A stretch of 64,000 bases of DNA from Patescibacteria group bacterium. GTDB taxonomy: Bacteria; Patescibacteriota; Patescibacteriia; JAHIZJ01. The position numbers and the translations under genes are program-made. The stretch is from assembly GCA_028714495.1 (NCBI GenBank), contig JAQTMH010000004.1:232-64231 (forward strand), in the 5' to 3' direction. Below the pieces are notes generated by a model. It saw nothing but the letters and a program-made list of their open reading frames with translations, did not search any database and was not told where the DNA came from. Shown piece after piece: positions 40,191 through 49,537 of the stretch; the first letter of the stretch is position 1; each line of letters opens with the position of its first letter.

Positions 40191-40413
40191 CCCTATCCTA
40201 AAGATGTCTGTCGTAATAGTAAAAGCATAGCCGCTAGGCGGCTTCGCCTTACGTCCATGAAATACTTATGACATTACTGGGATAGGAGCGGGGTAAAGTT
40301 GAGTTGCCGCCAGAGTGTTTCCCCAACCTGACTGAGGTCAGTTAGAAAGAGGGCGACTTTATTTTGAATGAAAAATATGTTATGCTATGACCACAAATAT
40401 TAAATAAACCCAT

Positions 40414-41256
40414 ATGACAAAAATAGGCCGTAGCCGTCTGACAATCACTCTGAGAAAGGACCTTTTGCCGCAGCTTGACGGCATCATCGACGGGGAGAAA
40501 ATCCGCAATCGCTCCCACGCGATTGAGTACGTTTTGAGCCAGCACCTGGGTCCGAAAATCCATCACGCCCTGATTTTAGCCGGCGGCCAAGGCGTGAAGA
40601 TGCGGCCCTTCACCTACGAAATGCCCAAGCCGATGATTCCAGTAAAAGGCCGGCCGATCCTCCAGCACATTATAAAAACGATACGTGACGCCGGAATTTC
40701 CGATATTATTATCGTGATTGACAAACAGCTGGGCGAAAACATCCGTAAGTTTTTTGGCGATGGTTCCAACTTCGGCGTAAATATCACCTACATTGTGGAA
40801 AAGGAAAGGGCTGGTACGGCCGGAGCGATCCGATTAGCCAAGGATAAATTGAAAGAGCCTTTTCTTCTGTACTACAGCGACGTCCTGGCTGAAATCGATT
40901 TGCCCGCCTTCATGGAATTCCATAAAAACAGATCTTCAGTCATGAGCGCCGCGCTTAATGCCACGGATAAATTTTCCGATTATGGGGTGGTAAAACTCCA
41001 GGGCAATACGATCGTCAATTTTGTCGAGAAGCCGACTGGTAACAGCACCTTCGGCCTGGTCAACGCCGGAATTTTTCTCGCCGAACCAGAATTATTTGAC
41101 CTGCTGCCCCAGAAAACTCCAGCCAGTCTGGAACACGACGTTTTGCCCAACTTGGCGAAGCGCGGACAGCTCTCCGGCTATCCCTTCTCCGGAAAATGGT
41201 TTGATATTTCCACCCCGGATGTTTACGAGCGGGTTTTGAAGGAATGGCCGGGCTAA
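40414..41256 (+). CDS. Ribbon-helix-helix (CopG-like) domain fused to a sugar-1-phosphate nucleotidyltransferase
   Basis: N-terminus RSRLTITLRKDLLPQLDGII...RSHAIEYVL (RHH). Then ILAGGQGVKMRPFT...PKPMIPV. Confidence 0.65.
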   Translation: MTKIGRSRLTITLRKDLLPQLDGIIDGEKIRNRSHAIEYVLSQHLGPKIHHALILAGGQGVKMRPFTYEMPKPMIPVKGRPILQHIIKTIRDAGISDIIIVIDKQLGENIRKFFGDGSNFGVNITYIVEKERAGTAGAIRLAKDKLKEPFLLYYSDVLAEIDLPAFMEFHKNRSSVMSAALNATDKFSDYGVVKLQGNTIVNFVEKPTGNSTFGLVNAGIFLAEPELFDLLPQKTPASLEHDVLPNLAKRGQLSGYPFSGKWFDISTPDVYERVLKEWPG

Positions 41257-41266
41257 ACACACTAGC

Positions 41267-42013
41267 ATGGTTATTGAACGGACTCTCCAAAAACTTGGAT
41301 TCAACGAAAAGGAAATCGCGGTTTTTTTGGCTTTGCTTCGGCGCGGGCCGCAGGCTGTCCGGAAGATAGCGGCTGAAGCCGGAATAAACCGAGGCACCAC
41401 TTATGATATTTTGAAGTCGCTGCGCGAGCAGGGGCTGGTGGCTTATTACCATCAGGATACGCATCAGTATTTCGTGGCTGAAGATCCAGAAAAGCTAAAG
41501 ACTCTGCTGGAACAACGTCAGCGGCAGCTTGAGGAGACTAAAAAAGAGTTGGTCGATTTAATTCCCGAGCTCAAATCAGTTTACGATAAAAGCGGAGAAA
41601 AACCGGTAGTAAAATATTATGACGGATTCAAGGGCATCAAAACGATTTTGCTGGATGTGTTGAGTACGATGGCCGAGGCGCCGGCGCCAAAGGAATATTA
41701 CGTTTACTCGTCGGCCGATATCAGAAAATATCTGTACCAAGACTTTCCGAATTTTACTGAAGAGCGGAAAAAAAGAAAAATCCGAGTGAAAATAATTGCC
41801 TTGGGCGAGGGCGGCAAGGTTTTGGGCTTGGATGAACGACGCTGGTTAAGTCAAAAGAAAGGCGCGCCAACCTATATTATTACTTATTATAAAAAGACAG
41901 CCTATATCTCGGTAGCTAAAGATGGCACGCCACGAGGCATTATTATTGAGGACGCCGGACTTGCCCAAACTCAGAGATTTCTCTTTGAGCATTTGTGGGA
42001 GACGCTGAAATAA
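41267..42013 (+). CDS. TrmB-family transcriptional regulator
   Basis: N-terminal HTH LGFNEKEIAVFLALLRRGPQAVRKIAAEAGINRGTTYDILKSL. Confidence 0.6.
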   Translation: MVIERTLQKLGFNEKEIAVFLALLRRGPQAVRKIAAEAGINRGTTYDILKSLREQGLVAYYHQDTHQYFVAEDPEKLKTLLEQRQRQLEETKKELVDLIPELKSVYDKSGEKPVVKYYDGFKGIKTILLDVLSTMAEAPAPKEYYVYSSADIRKYLYQDFPNFTEERKKRKIRVKIIALGEGGKVLGLDERRWLSQKKGAPTYIITYYKKTAYISVAKDGTPRGIIIEDAGLAQTQRFLFEHLWETLK

Positions 42014-42019
42014 TTCTCT

Positions 42020-43297
42020 ATGCCAGAGATTATTACCGACCTTCATCTTCATTCCAAATATTCCCGGGCCGTATCGCAGGATATGGATTTGGCGCACATT
42101 GCCGAATGGGCGGTGAAAAAGGGCATCGCGGTCGTCGGCACGAGCGATTTTACCCACCCGGAGTGGTTTCAGGAGTTGGTAAAAAGGCTCGAGCGGCAGA
42201 ATAATGGATTATACCGGCTGAAGGGTTCTGATAACCCAACTTTTTTTATACCAGTGACGGAACTTTCCTGCATCTACAGCCAGGGCGGCCGGGGCCATCG
42301 GATTCACATAGTCATTATTGCTCCGGGCCTGGAAACAGTGGACAAAATCAGAGGTGGTCTCGGTTGGCAGGGCAATTTAAAATCTGACGGCCGGCCGATT
42401 TTGGGCTTAAGCGCGATTGAGCTAACCAAGGTTATTTTTAACGCTTCACCTGAATGTTTAGTTATCCCGGCCCATATCTGGACGCCGTGGTTTTCGCTTT
42501 TCGGCTCTGAGTCAGGCTTTGATTCCCTGATGGAGTGTTTCGGCGAATTCGCGGACCGGATCTACGCGATTGAAACCGGCCTGTCGTCTGATCCGCCGAT
42601 GAATTGGCGATTGTCGCAATTGGATTCAAAACAGATCGTTTCGTTTTCTGACGCCCATTCGGCGGCGAATCTCGGGCGGGAGGCCACAGTGTTCGAGCTG
42701 GAAGAGCTTAGCTTTAAGAACATCGCTCAAGCGTTAAAATCGCCGGGCGGAAAAAACCGCATAGCTTACACGATTGAGTTCTATCCCGAGGAAGGCAAAT
42801 ATCACTGGGATGGCCACCGGAATTGCGGAATTCGATTCTCGCCCAGTGAGACGAAACAGCATAACTCGCTTTGTCCGAAGTGCGGCAGGCGTTTGACTGT
42901 CGGCGTGATGAGCCGGGTGGAGAAATTAGCTGACCGGCCGGAAGGTTTTAAACCGACAACCCCGTCATCCGACGGGGCAGGCCGTCCACCTTTCAAGAGT
43001 TTAGTTCCACTGGCCGAAATAATCGGCGATGCTTTAGGCGTGGGCAAGGGATCAAAATCCGTCATGGCTGAATACGACAGACTTGTTCAAGCTGGGAAGA
43101 GTGAATTTAACATTTTGTTAAATGTTGAGCCCAGCAAACTCCAAGCTATGACCCAGCCAAGAATTGTCGAAGCGATTCAAAGAGTCCGCGAGGGAAAACT
43201 CCACATCGCGCCTGGTTATGACGGTGAGTTTGGGACGGTGAAGATATTCAATGAACAGGAACAAAAGGCGCCGACTGGACAGAATTCATTGTTTTAA
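42020..43297 (+). CDS. PHP-domain nuclease of the EndoQ/TIGR00375 type with a C-terminal zinc ribbon
   Basis: DLHLHSKYSRAVSQDMDL...VVGTSDFTHPEW. C-terminus CPKCGRRLTVGVMSRVEKL. Confidence 0.6.
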   Translation: MPEIITDLHLHSKYSRAVSQDMDLAHIAEWAVKKGIAVVGTSDFTHPEWFQELVKRLERQNNGLYRLKGSDNPTFFIPVTELSCIYSQGGRGHRIHIVIIAPGLETVDKIRGGLGWQGNLKSDGRPILGLSAIELTKVIFNASPECLVIPAHIWTPWFSLFGSESGFDSLMECFGEFADRIYAIETGLSSDPPMNWRLSQLDSKQIVSFSDAHSAANLGREATVFELEELSFKNIAQALKSPGGKNRIAYTIEFYPEEGKYHWDGHRNCGIRFSPSETKQHNSLCPKCGRRLTVGVMSRVEKLADRPEGFKPTTPSSDGAGRPPFKSLVPLAEIIGDALGVGKGSKSVMAEYDRLVQAGKSEFNILLNVEPSKLQAMTQPRIVEAIQRVREGKLHIAPGYDGEFGTVKIFNEQEQKAPTGQNSLF

Positions 43298-43396
43298 AGA
43301 CGAAACAAATAATTCAGCCTGAAAAGCTGATTTTATTATTCCGTAGTTGATTTTTTCCCCAAAATACGGTACAATCTCAACGTTTAGTGCAGTCAG

Positions 43397-43486
43397 GGAG
43401 AGGTGGCCGAGTGGTTGAAGGCGCGGCTCTCGAAAAGCCGTAAGGCAGCAATGTCTTCGTGGGTTCAAATCCCACCCTCTCCGCCA
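43397..43486 (+). tRNA. tRNA-Ser (anticodon CGA), type II, CCA encoded
   Basis: Acceptor GGAGAGG/CCUCUCC. Anticodon arm CGGCU-CUCGAAA-AGCCG. Long variable arm. T-arm GGGUUCAAAUCCCAC. Confidence 0.8.
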
Positions 43487-43547
43487 GTCGAAAAATAATA
43501 ATAAATATCTATTAAAAACAAAGTAATTCGTAAACCAATTAATAAAT

Positions 43548-44105
43548 ATGTCTATGAATCAAAAAAAATCCGCCAGCTCGCCTGTGGTTTTAATTCTGTC
43601 AATAATTCTGCTAACAGTATTTATTACCGGCTGTGGGACTAATACGACAAAAACCAACGCAAACAATTCGGCCACGACAACAAATAATAATGCGACACTC
43701 CTAAATGCGTGTAATATATTAACAGCCGCCGATGCTTCAAGCGCCTACGGTTCACCGATGCAGCTCCATGGCCCGGCTGAGGGGATAATAAATGAACACG
43801 ACGGCACCTACAAGAGTTACGGCTGCACATACCTGACGCCCGATTCTACGGGCGAAATTCAAATCAGTATCTACCGATTCGGTTCTTCGAGCGCCGCCCA
43901 AGCCCAATATGATAAATGGAACGGCATTAACAGTGGGATTGCCGTATCTGGCTATGGCGAAGCGGCATACTGGGGTCAGGCGAACGCTGTATTTGGGGCA
44001 GTACGCGGCAGCGACTACATTGAAGTCATCGCCTTAGTCGGCCATGACGGAAATCAAGATAAGGCCCAGGCTGCCATGACAACCATTCTTAGAAACCTGA
44101 AATAA
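43548..44105 (+). CDS. Lipoprotein, hypothetical
   Basis: Lipobox LTVFITG|C. Asn/Thr-rich linker. Confidence 0.5.
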   Translation: MSMNQKKSASSPVVLILSIILLTVFITGCGTNTTKTNANNSATTTNNNATLLNACNILTAADASSAYGSPMQLHGPAEGIINEHDGTYKSYGCTYLTPDSTGEIQISIYRFGSSSAAQAQYDKWNGINSGIAVSGYGEAAYWGQANAVFGAVRGSDYIEVIALVGHDGNQDKAQAAMTTILRNLK

Positions 44106-44295
44106 TAATTAAAATTTTGCGTTAGATCAGAACGGAAGGGTACAGAGCGGTTAAATGAAACTGTCTTGAAAACCGTCGAGATCTAAAAAATCCCGCACAG
44201 GTTCGAATCCCATCTGGTGCGAGATCCCGCTAACTAGCGGGGTCACCTCCCCACTCAAACCATAATATATTAATATAATCTTTAACTGGAAAACT

Positions 44296-44763
44296 ATGCC
44301 AAAAAAAATACTCGCGTGTACCGCGTGTTTGGTTTTAGTGTTTGTCTTAAGCGCCTGCAGTAAAACTACCACCACAAACACTGTTAATAACGCCACTGAT
44401 AACAACAGGACGAACAATACAAATACGAACACAAACGAGGGTGCCACAAACCAGAATTCATCGGGAAGTGCACCCAGCAATACCGCAGCATCGTGCGCTA
44501 ATGTAATCACCATTGGCAATATCGTCGTGGAAGAGGACCCTGCAGGAGAGCCAGAAGCGTGGGTACGAGTCGATTACACGTCGACTGCCACCCAAAAGCT
44601 TTATTGCGAGTACACACTCACCTTTTATAACGGCCAGGATGCGGCTGTCCGGACGATCCCGATTGTTAAGAGTACCTTTGAGTACCCGAGCGGCCAGATC
44701 TACAATGGCTTCCCTGATACCCCTTTCCAGTCGGGCATGACCGCGCGGATCGTCATCAAGTAA
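44296..44763 (+). CDS. Lipoprotein, hypothetical
   Basis: Lipobox VLSA|C. N/T-rich linker. Confidence 0.5.
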   Translation: MPKKILACTACLVLVFVLSACSKTTTTNTVNNATDNNRTNNTNTNTNEGATNQNSSGSAPSNTAASCANVITIGNIVVEEDPAGEPEAWVRVDYTSTATQKLYCEYTLTFYNGQDAAVRTIPIVKSTFEYPSGQIYNGFPDTPFQSGMTARIVIK

Positions 44764-44895
44764 ACAGAGGGTAACAAATTTATTTTCATAATCCCACCCT
44801 CTCCGCCATTGCACCGTACAGTGCGTGGCTCTGCCCTGGTGCGAGATCCCGCGTGTCTTGATAAAAATAGTATAATTAATAAAGAAGTAAAAATT

Positions 44896-45381
44896 ATGAA
44901 CAACCAAACTACAAAATCAACCGGCTGTTGCGAACCGTTTAATCCTGAACCATGGCAGGGCAAAGAGATTGCATGGAAAGATAAAATATTTGTAAAGGAT
45001 CATGTTACGAGTTTTTTCCATATCCCGCTGAACATGGGGAAGAAAATTATTAAAAATATGGAATTAATCGAGAAAGCTGGGGCTAAAGCGCCATATCAAT
45101 TAATGCTCACTGATGAAAAATCACTCTGGGGTGCTGATATTTACATTGATGTTTCAAAAGAAGTTCCGGGCGCGCGGATGACAACACTTTCAGGAATGTT
45201 TCTCACCAAAGTGTATGAGGGGCCATATCAAAATGTTGGCAAGTGGGCGCAGGAAATGAAGGAATATGTTGAGAATAAAGGCAAGAAGTTAAAGAAATTA
45301 TATTTTTCTTACACCACCTGTCCAAAATGCGCCAAAGCATACGGAAAAAATTACGTGGTGTTATTTGCGCAAATAGATTAA
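44896..45381 (+). CDS. Hypothetical protein with terminal Cys pairs
   Basis: N-terminal GCCEP and C-terminal CPKC. The longer track ORF has no RBS, so the start is trimmed to MNNQTT. Confidence 0.4.
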   Translation: MNNQTTKSTGCCEPFNPEPWQGKEIAWKDKIFVKDHVTSFFHIPLNMGKKIIKNMELIEKAGAKAPYQLMLTDEKSLWGADIYIDVSKEVPGARMTTLSGMFLTKVYEGPYQNVGKWAQEMKEYVENKGKKLKKLYFSYTTCPKCAKAYGKNYVVLFAQID

Positions 45382-45438
45382 AAAATAATTTACCGCCGAA
45401 TCATTAAATATCTCGATTGAAAAACCTTTGAAATAAAT

Positions 45439-46491
45439 ATGAAAAAACTTCCTAGTATTTTGATTAGAATTATTTTACCGGTTCTGATCGTCGTAGCCGG
45501 ATACGGCATATATCAGTTCGTTATTGTGCCACGACTAACCAAGCTTGACGTTCCAACACTATCATACCCCCGCCAAAGTGTATTCTATCGATATTCGCTC
45601 CAAGTAAATAATCTCTCTACTATCTTTGGCGGTAAGAAAATGTCTATCTCACAAATTGACACTGCGGTTGCCAAAGATATGGAAAAAATTAAATCAAGCG
45701 GTTTTGATGGAGTTAAACTGGGTTACCATTTTAAGAATAATAATTCTTTGGCTGATCGGATCGCCCGCAAGGCCGCTCAAGCGGGTTTGTATCCGATTGG
45801 CGGGTTGCAAGGCGGGGAGGCTAAACCGGAAGATCGAGCCTTTACTCCCTCAGAAATGGCTGATTGGCTGAATTTCGTCCGAGGTGAAGTCAGTGCCAAC
45901 AAAAATATTATTTATTATTGGGAAATATGGGGCGAGCCCAGTCTTGACGCGGACAGATACGGCACTCCGGCGGAATTTGTCCAGCTGCTAAAGGCGACTT
46001 ATCCGGTGATCAAGAAAGCTAATCCTAACGCCAAAGTTATTGTAACCCTCGGCGCCGAAGCCAAAGATGGCTCAGGTTTTGATGACCAAATTTTGGCTCT
46101 GGGCGGCGGCGAGTATTTTGATGTATTAAGTTTTCACCCGTATGGAGCCAATCCGTATTTGCAAGAAGATCAAGTCAGGGAAGCAATTGCCCACGAGCAA
46201 TCACTGCTGGCAAAATACGGCAATCATTGGCCGCTGGTCATCAGTGAAATCGGCCAACCTGCCAGCGAAGTCTCCGAAACAGAACAGGCCAGATTGGCCG
46301 CGTTTCTTTATGCCGAGGCGGCTAAAAATAATATTCCCGTCACCTGGTTTTATTGGAGCGACACACATTTATTGAAGGATGAAAAGACGGGTGAGCGCTC
46401 TAATTGGGGTCTGATTCGGTTCGATGGTACCGAAAGACCCATGCTCGAGGCGATTAAACCGTATTTGGAAATTGGTAAAATTGATCGTTAG
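45439..46491 (+). CDS. Membrane-anchored TIM-barrel glycoside hydrolase (GH5-like)
   Basis: N-terminal TM segment. YWEIWGEP resembles the GH5 acid/base NEP motif. VISEIG resembles the nucleophile motif. Confidence 0.5.
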   Translation: MKKLPSILIRIILPVLIVVAGYGIYQFVIVPRLTKLDVPTLSYPRQSVFYRYSLQVNNLSTIFGGKKMSISQIDTAVAKDMEKIKSSGFDGVKLGYHFKNNNSLADRIARKAAQAGLYPIGGLQGGEAKPEDRAFTPSEMADWLNFVRGEVSANKNIIYYWEIWGEPSLDADRYGTPAEFVQLLKATYPVIKKANPNAKVIVTLGAEAKDGSGFDDQILALGGGEYFDVLSFHPYGANPYLQEDQVREAIAHEQSLLAKYGNHWPLVISEIGQPASEVSETEQARLAAFLYAEAAKNNIPVTWFYWSDTHLLKDEKTGERSNWGLIRFDGTERPMLEAIKPYLEIGKIDR

Positions 46492-46497
46492 TGTGAT

Positions 46498-47373
46498 ATG
46501 AACCAACCAAGTATCATAGAAACAAAACCAGAACAGCTCCGAAGCGTGAAAGACGCTTTTATTAAAGATGGTCCGGATAAGCTGCACATCCTGGCAGATT
46601 TTGACCGGACTTTAACCAAGGCCTATGCGCGAGGTAGGGCAACGCCCTCGTTGATTTCGATTTTGCGGGATGAAAACTATTTGACCCCGGATTATCCGGC
46701 CAAAGCCAAAACCCTGTATAAAAAATATCACGCGATTGAAACAGATCCAGGTGTTCCGCTTGAAGAAAAGAAAAAAGCCATGCGGGAATGGTGGTCAAAA
46801 CACTTTGAGCTTTTAATTGCTTCGGGTTTAACTAAGAAGGACATTGAGCGGGCAACGCTTAAATCCGGCCGGGTGGAATTAAGAGAAGGCGCTGGAGAAT
46901 TTTTGGACATCTTGAATCAGCAAAATATCCCTTTGATAATTATGTCCTCTAGTGGTTTAGGCGGTGATTCAATTTCTTTGTTTTTACAGAAAGAGAAAAA
47001 GTTATATAAAAATATCCACATAATTTCCAATAGTTTTGAATGGGATAACGAGGGTCGAGCAGTCGCTGTTTGCCAGCCGATTATTCACATGCTCAATAAA
47101 GACGAGACGGTAGTTAAAGACTTCCCCTGCTATCCACAAATACGCGACCGCAAGAATGTCATTTTACTGGGCGACAGTGAGGGAGATGTGGGCATGATTA
47201 CGGGTTTTGATTATGATAATCTGATCAAAATCGGTTTTCTTAATGAAGGAACTGGTGAGCGTCTGGAGCAGTTTAAAAGAGTTTATGATGTTATTATCGT
47301 GAATGATGGGACCTTTGAATATCCCAACAGATTAAAAAGCGAGGTTATTGCCAGACAGACGTCGGCTGGTTAG
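46498..47373 (+). CDS. Pyrimidine 5'-nucleotidase, eukaryote-type (UMPH-1/NT5C3 family, HAD superfamily)
   Basis: LADFDRTLT (DxDxT) and LLGDSEGD motifs in NT5C3-like arrangement. Confidence 0.6.
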   Translation: MNQPSIIETKPEQLRSVKDAFIKDGPDKLHILADFDRTLTKAYARGRATPSLISILRDENYLTPDYPAKAKTLYKKYHAIETDPGVPLEEKKKAMREWWSKHFELLIASGLTKKDIERATLKSGRVELREGAGEFLDILNQQNIPLIIMSSSGLGGDSISLFLQKEKKLYKNIHIISNSFEWDNEGRAVAVCQPIIHMLNKDETVVKDFPCYPQIRDRKNVILLGDSEGDVGMITGFDYDNLIKIGFLNEGTGERLEQFKRVYDVIIVNDGTFEYPNRLKSEVIARQTSAG

Positions 47374-47448
47374 ATAATATATTTCCTAAATACGAAAAAA
47401 CCGCCTCTCGACAAGCTCGAGGCGGCCTTTTCTATTTTTTGTTATTTG

Positions 47449-48570
47449 CTATTTTTTCTCTGGCGATGCTGGCGGTGGAGCAGTCTTTTTCTTACGCGCG
47501 ATCAGGATGATGACTATAACAAGTATGACGATGGCGCCAGCTCCGGCGATTATTAAGATGGTAGTCGTGCTTAAACCTTCGTCTTTTTCAGACTCGGTTT
47601 TGTTGGTGTTGGTCGCAGCGGCAGTGTTGGCATTGGCGTTGGCTGAAGAATTTGTATTGCTATTCGTTACGGCAGTATTGCTATTCCCGTTCACCACGGT
47701 TCCATTAACGTTGGCATTGGCGTTTACCACAACTGTGTTCGTGTTAGTGTCGGTCGGGGCGGTTACGGCAATCGAATAATCCACCAGACTTTCGCTGCAA
47801 CTTAGATCGCACTCGAATTTAAAATAGACATCAGAATTTCTATCAGCCGTGATTGTGCTGGCAATAATCGCCCCAGCGTTATTTGCCACTTGTTGGTCAA
47901 CCTCTTGTCTTTGGGCGTCATAGACGGTCATGGTCATTCGCGCGTCGGCTGGCGGAGTCACCCTTATCTGGTATGCGCCGCTGACCGCGGGCGTCAGTTT
48001 AAGCATATCAATAGTATCGTTTCCGACCTGGTAGCCGGCGCCAAGATGTCCGGCGCTTGTCCCGGTTGGCAGGGTCACAGCGTTTTCGAACGTGTCTGGC
48101 GCGTCAGCGGTTGATCCGGCGTCATACTTGTTATCCAGAGTGACAGTCATGGTATAAGCCGAGGTGTCGTCGTCGTCTGAATCGAGCTTGATATAATATC
48201 GAGACGAGGCCAAGTTAGAATTTGCCAGCCAGTAGGCGGTCAGTGAAGCGGTGGAATAGTTAGAGTCAAATTCTTCAACAACTTGATTCCGGTCTTGGTT
48301 ATAGATCAAAATCTTGACCATTGTGCCATAAGCGCTGGTGGTGGTAAACGCTGTTTTGACAGTCAGAAGCTGTCCCTGGCCGAGAGTGACATAAAAGTAC
48401 TGGCCAGTGTCTCCGACCAGCGGCCCGCCGGTATAACTGCCTGCTTGAATAGCCACAGCCGAATCGAAATCATTGCCGCCGGTGATCGCGGTTACGGCCT
48501 GAGACGTACCGGCGATGAAAAATGAGATGCCGATGATAAACAAAAGGCTGAATAAAAGTTTTTTTTGCAT
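47449..48570 (-). CDS. Cell-surface protein with PPC-like beta-sandwich repeats and a C-terminal TM anchor
   Basis: Signal peptide. N/T-rich stalk. ILIIAGAGAIVILVIVIILIARKKK anchor. Confidence 0.5.
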   Translation of the reverse strand: MQKKLLFSLLFIIGISFFIAGTSQAVTAITGGNDFDSAVAIQAGSYTGGPLVGDTGQYFYVTLGQGQLLTVKTAFTTTSAYGTMVKILIYNQDRNQVVEEFDSNYSTASLTAYWLANSNLASSRYYIKLDSDDDDTSAYTMTVTLDNKYDAGSTADAPDTFENAVTLPTGTSAGHLGAGYQVGNDTIDMLKLTPAVSGAYQIRVTPPADARMTMTVYDAQRQEVDQQVANNAGAIIASTITADRNSDVYFKFECDLSCSESLVDYSIAVTAPTDTNTNTVVVNANANVNGTVVNGNSNTAVTNSNTNSSANANANTAAATNTNKTESEKDEGLSTTTILIIAGAGAIVILVIVIILIARKKKTAPPPASPEKK

Positions 48571-48678
48571 GGGTTATTTTTTAATTATAATTATATATTA
48601 AAACTCACCCCTATTTTCACTATAGCGATTATACGCATCAATGTCAAATAATAATCAATTTATTCTGAAATAAAAAAA

Positions 48679-48805
48679 GGAGCGGGAAACGTCCTGTCTG
48701 GTTGAGCTCTGACCAGCGCAAAACGTCCTTGGCAGATGCCTTATTTGGGTGTTTACTCCCGTAAGGGACTAGCAACACCCCAGACACGGAAATGGCTGCC
48801 GCTCC
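48679..48805 (+). ncRNA. Candidate structured RNA or riboswitch-like element, class unknown
   Basis: Closing stem GGAGCGG/CCGCUCC. Internal hairpins CUGGU-N9-ACCAG, GGCA-GA-UGCC and GGGUGUU..UCCC-GUAA-GGGA..AACACCC (GNRA loop, AGCA bulge). Second stem GUCUGG/CCAGAC. Confidence 0.3.
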
Positions 48806-48913
48806 AGCCTAACCGCACAGAAAGAGGTTATTATATATTTATATTTGTGTCAAGCGCCAATATCCAATTCGGCACGATTTTGAAGTTCTTAGCTGGTAGT
48901 GTATTCTGTATTT

Positions 48914-49411
48914 ATGGAATTTATTGATATTGTTAATGACCAAAACCAGGTTATCGGAAAAATAACCAAAGATAAGTTATACGACAGTCCGAACAACCAC
49001 CGGATCGTTCACGTCTTGATTTTCAATGACCGGGGTGAAATGGCCTTGCAACTGCGCAGTCAGACGGTCGAATTTCTCCCGTCGCACTGGACCACAGTCG
49101 TGGGCGGGCATGTTCAGGCTGGCGAAACAGCTGAACAAGCAGCCCAGCGGGAGATGAAAGAGGAAGTCGGGGTGGATTTGCCTTTCGAAAAACTTTTTGA
49201 AACAGTCTATGAAACCCCACATCTACCGGGCATGAAAAAATTCCTGACGGTTTTCAAAGCCTTTTTCAACGGGCCATTTTCGCCCAATCCAGATGATGTG
49301 GCTAAAGTTGAATTTTTCAGTTTTGACGAGATAAAACAGATGATTGAACAAAGAAAGAATCTGCATCAGGAGATGATCTCCGTGTTTAATGACCTAATAG
49401 CAAAACAATAA
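48914..49411 (+). CDS. Nudix hydrolase
   Basis: Nudix box GGHVQAGETAEQAAQREMKEEVGV. Confidence 0.75.
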   Translation: MEFIDIVNDQNQVIGKITKDKLYDSPNNHRIVHVLIFNDRGEMALQLRSQTVEFLPSHWTTVVGGHVQAGETAEQAAQREMKEEVGVDLPFEKLFETVYETPHLPGMKKFLTVFKAFFNGPFSPNPDDVAKVEFFSFDEIKQMIEQRKNLHQEMISVFNDLIAKQ

Positions 49412-49537
49412 TTATATGGAAAAAAGATTAATCCCGGAACAACATGAGACGAAAGCACGCAGTATGTTGATTGACGGAAAAAGACTAATGTTATAACATC
49501 TACATAAGTATAACCTTTGAATTAATAAGGTAAAACA

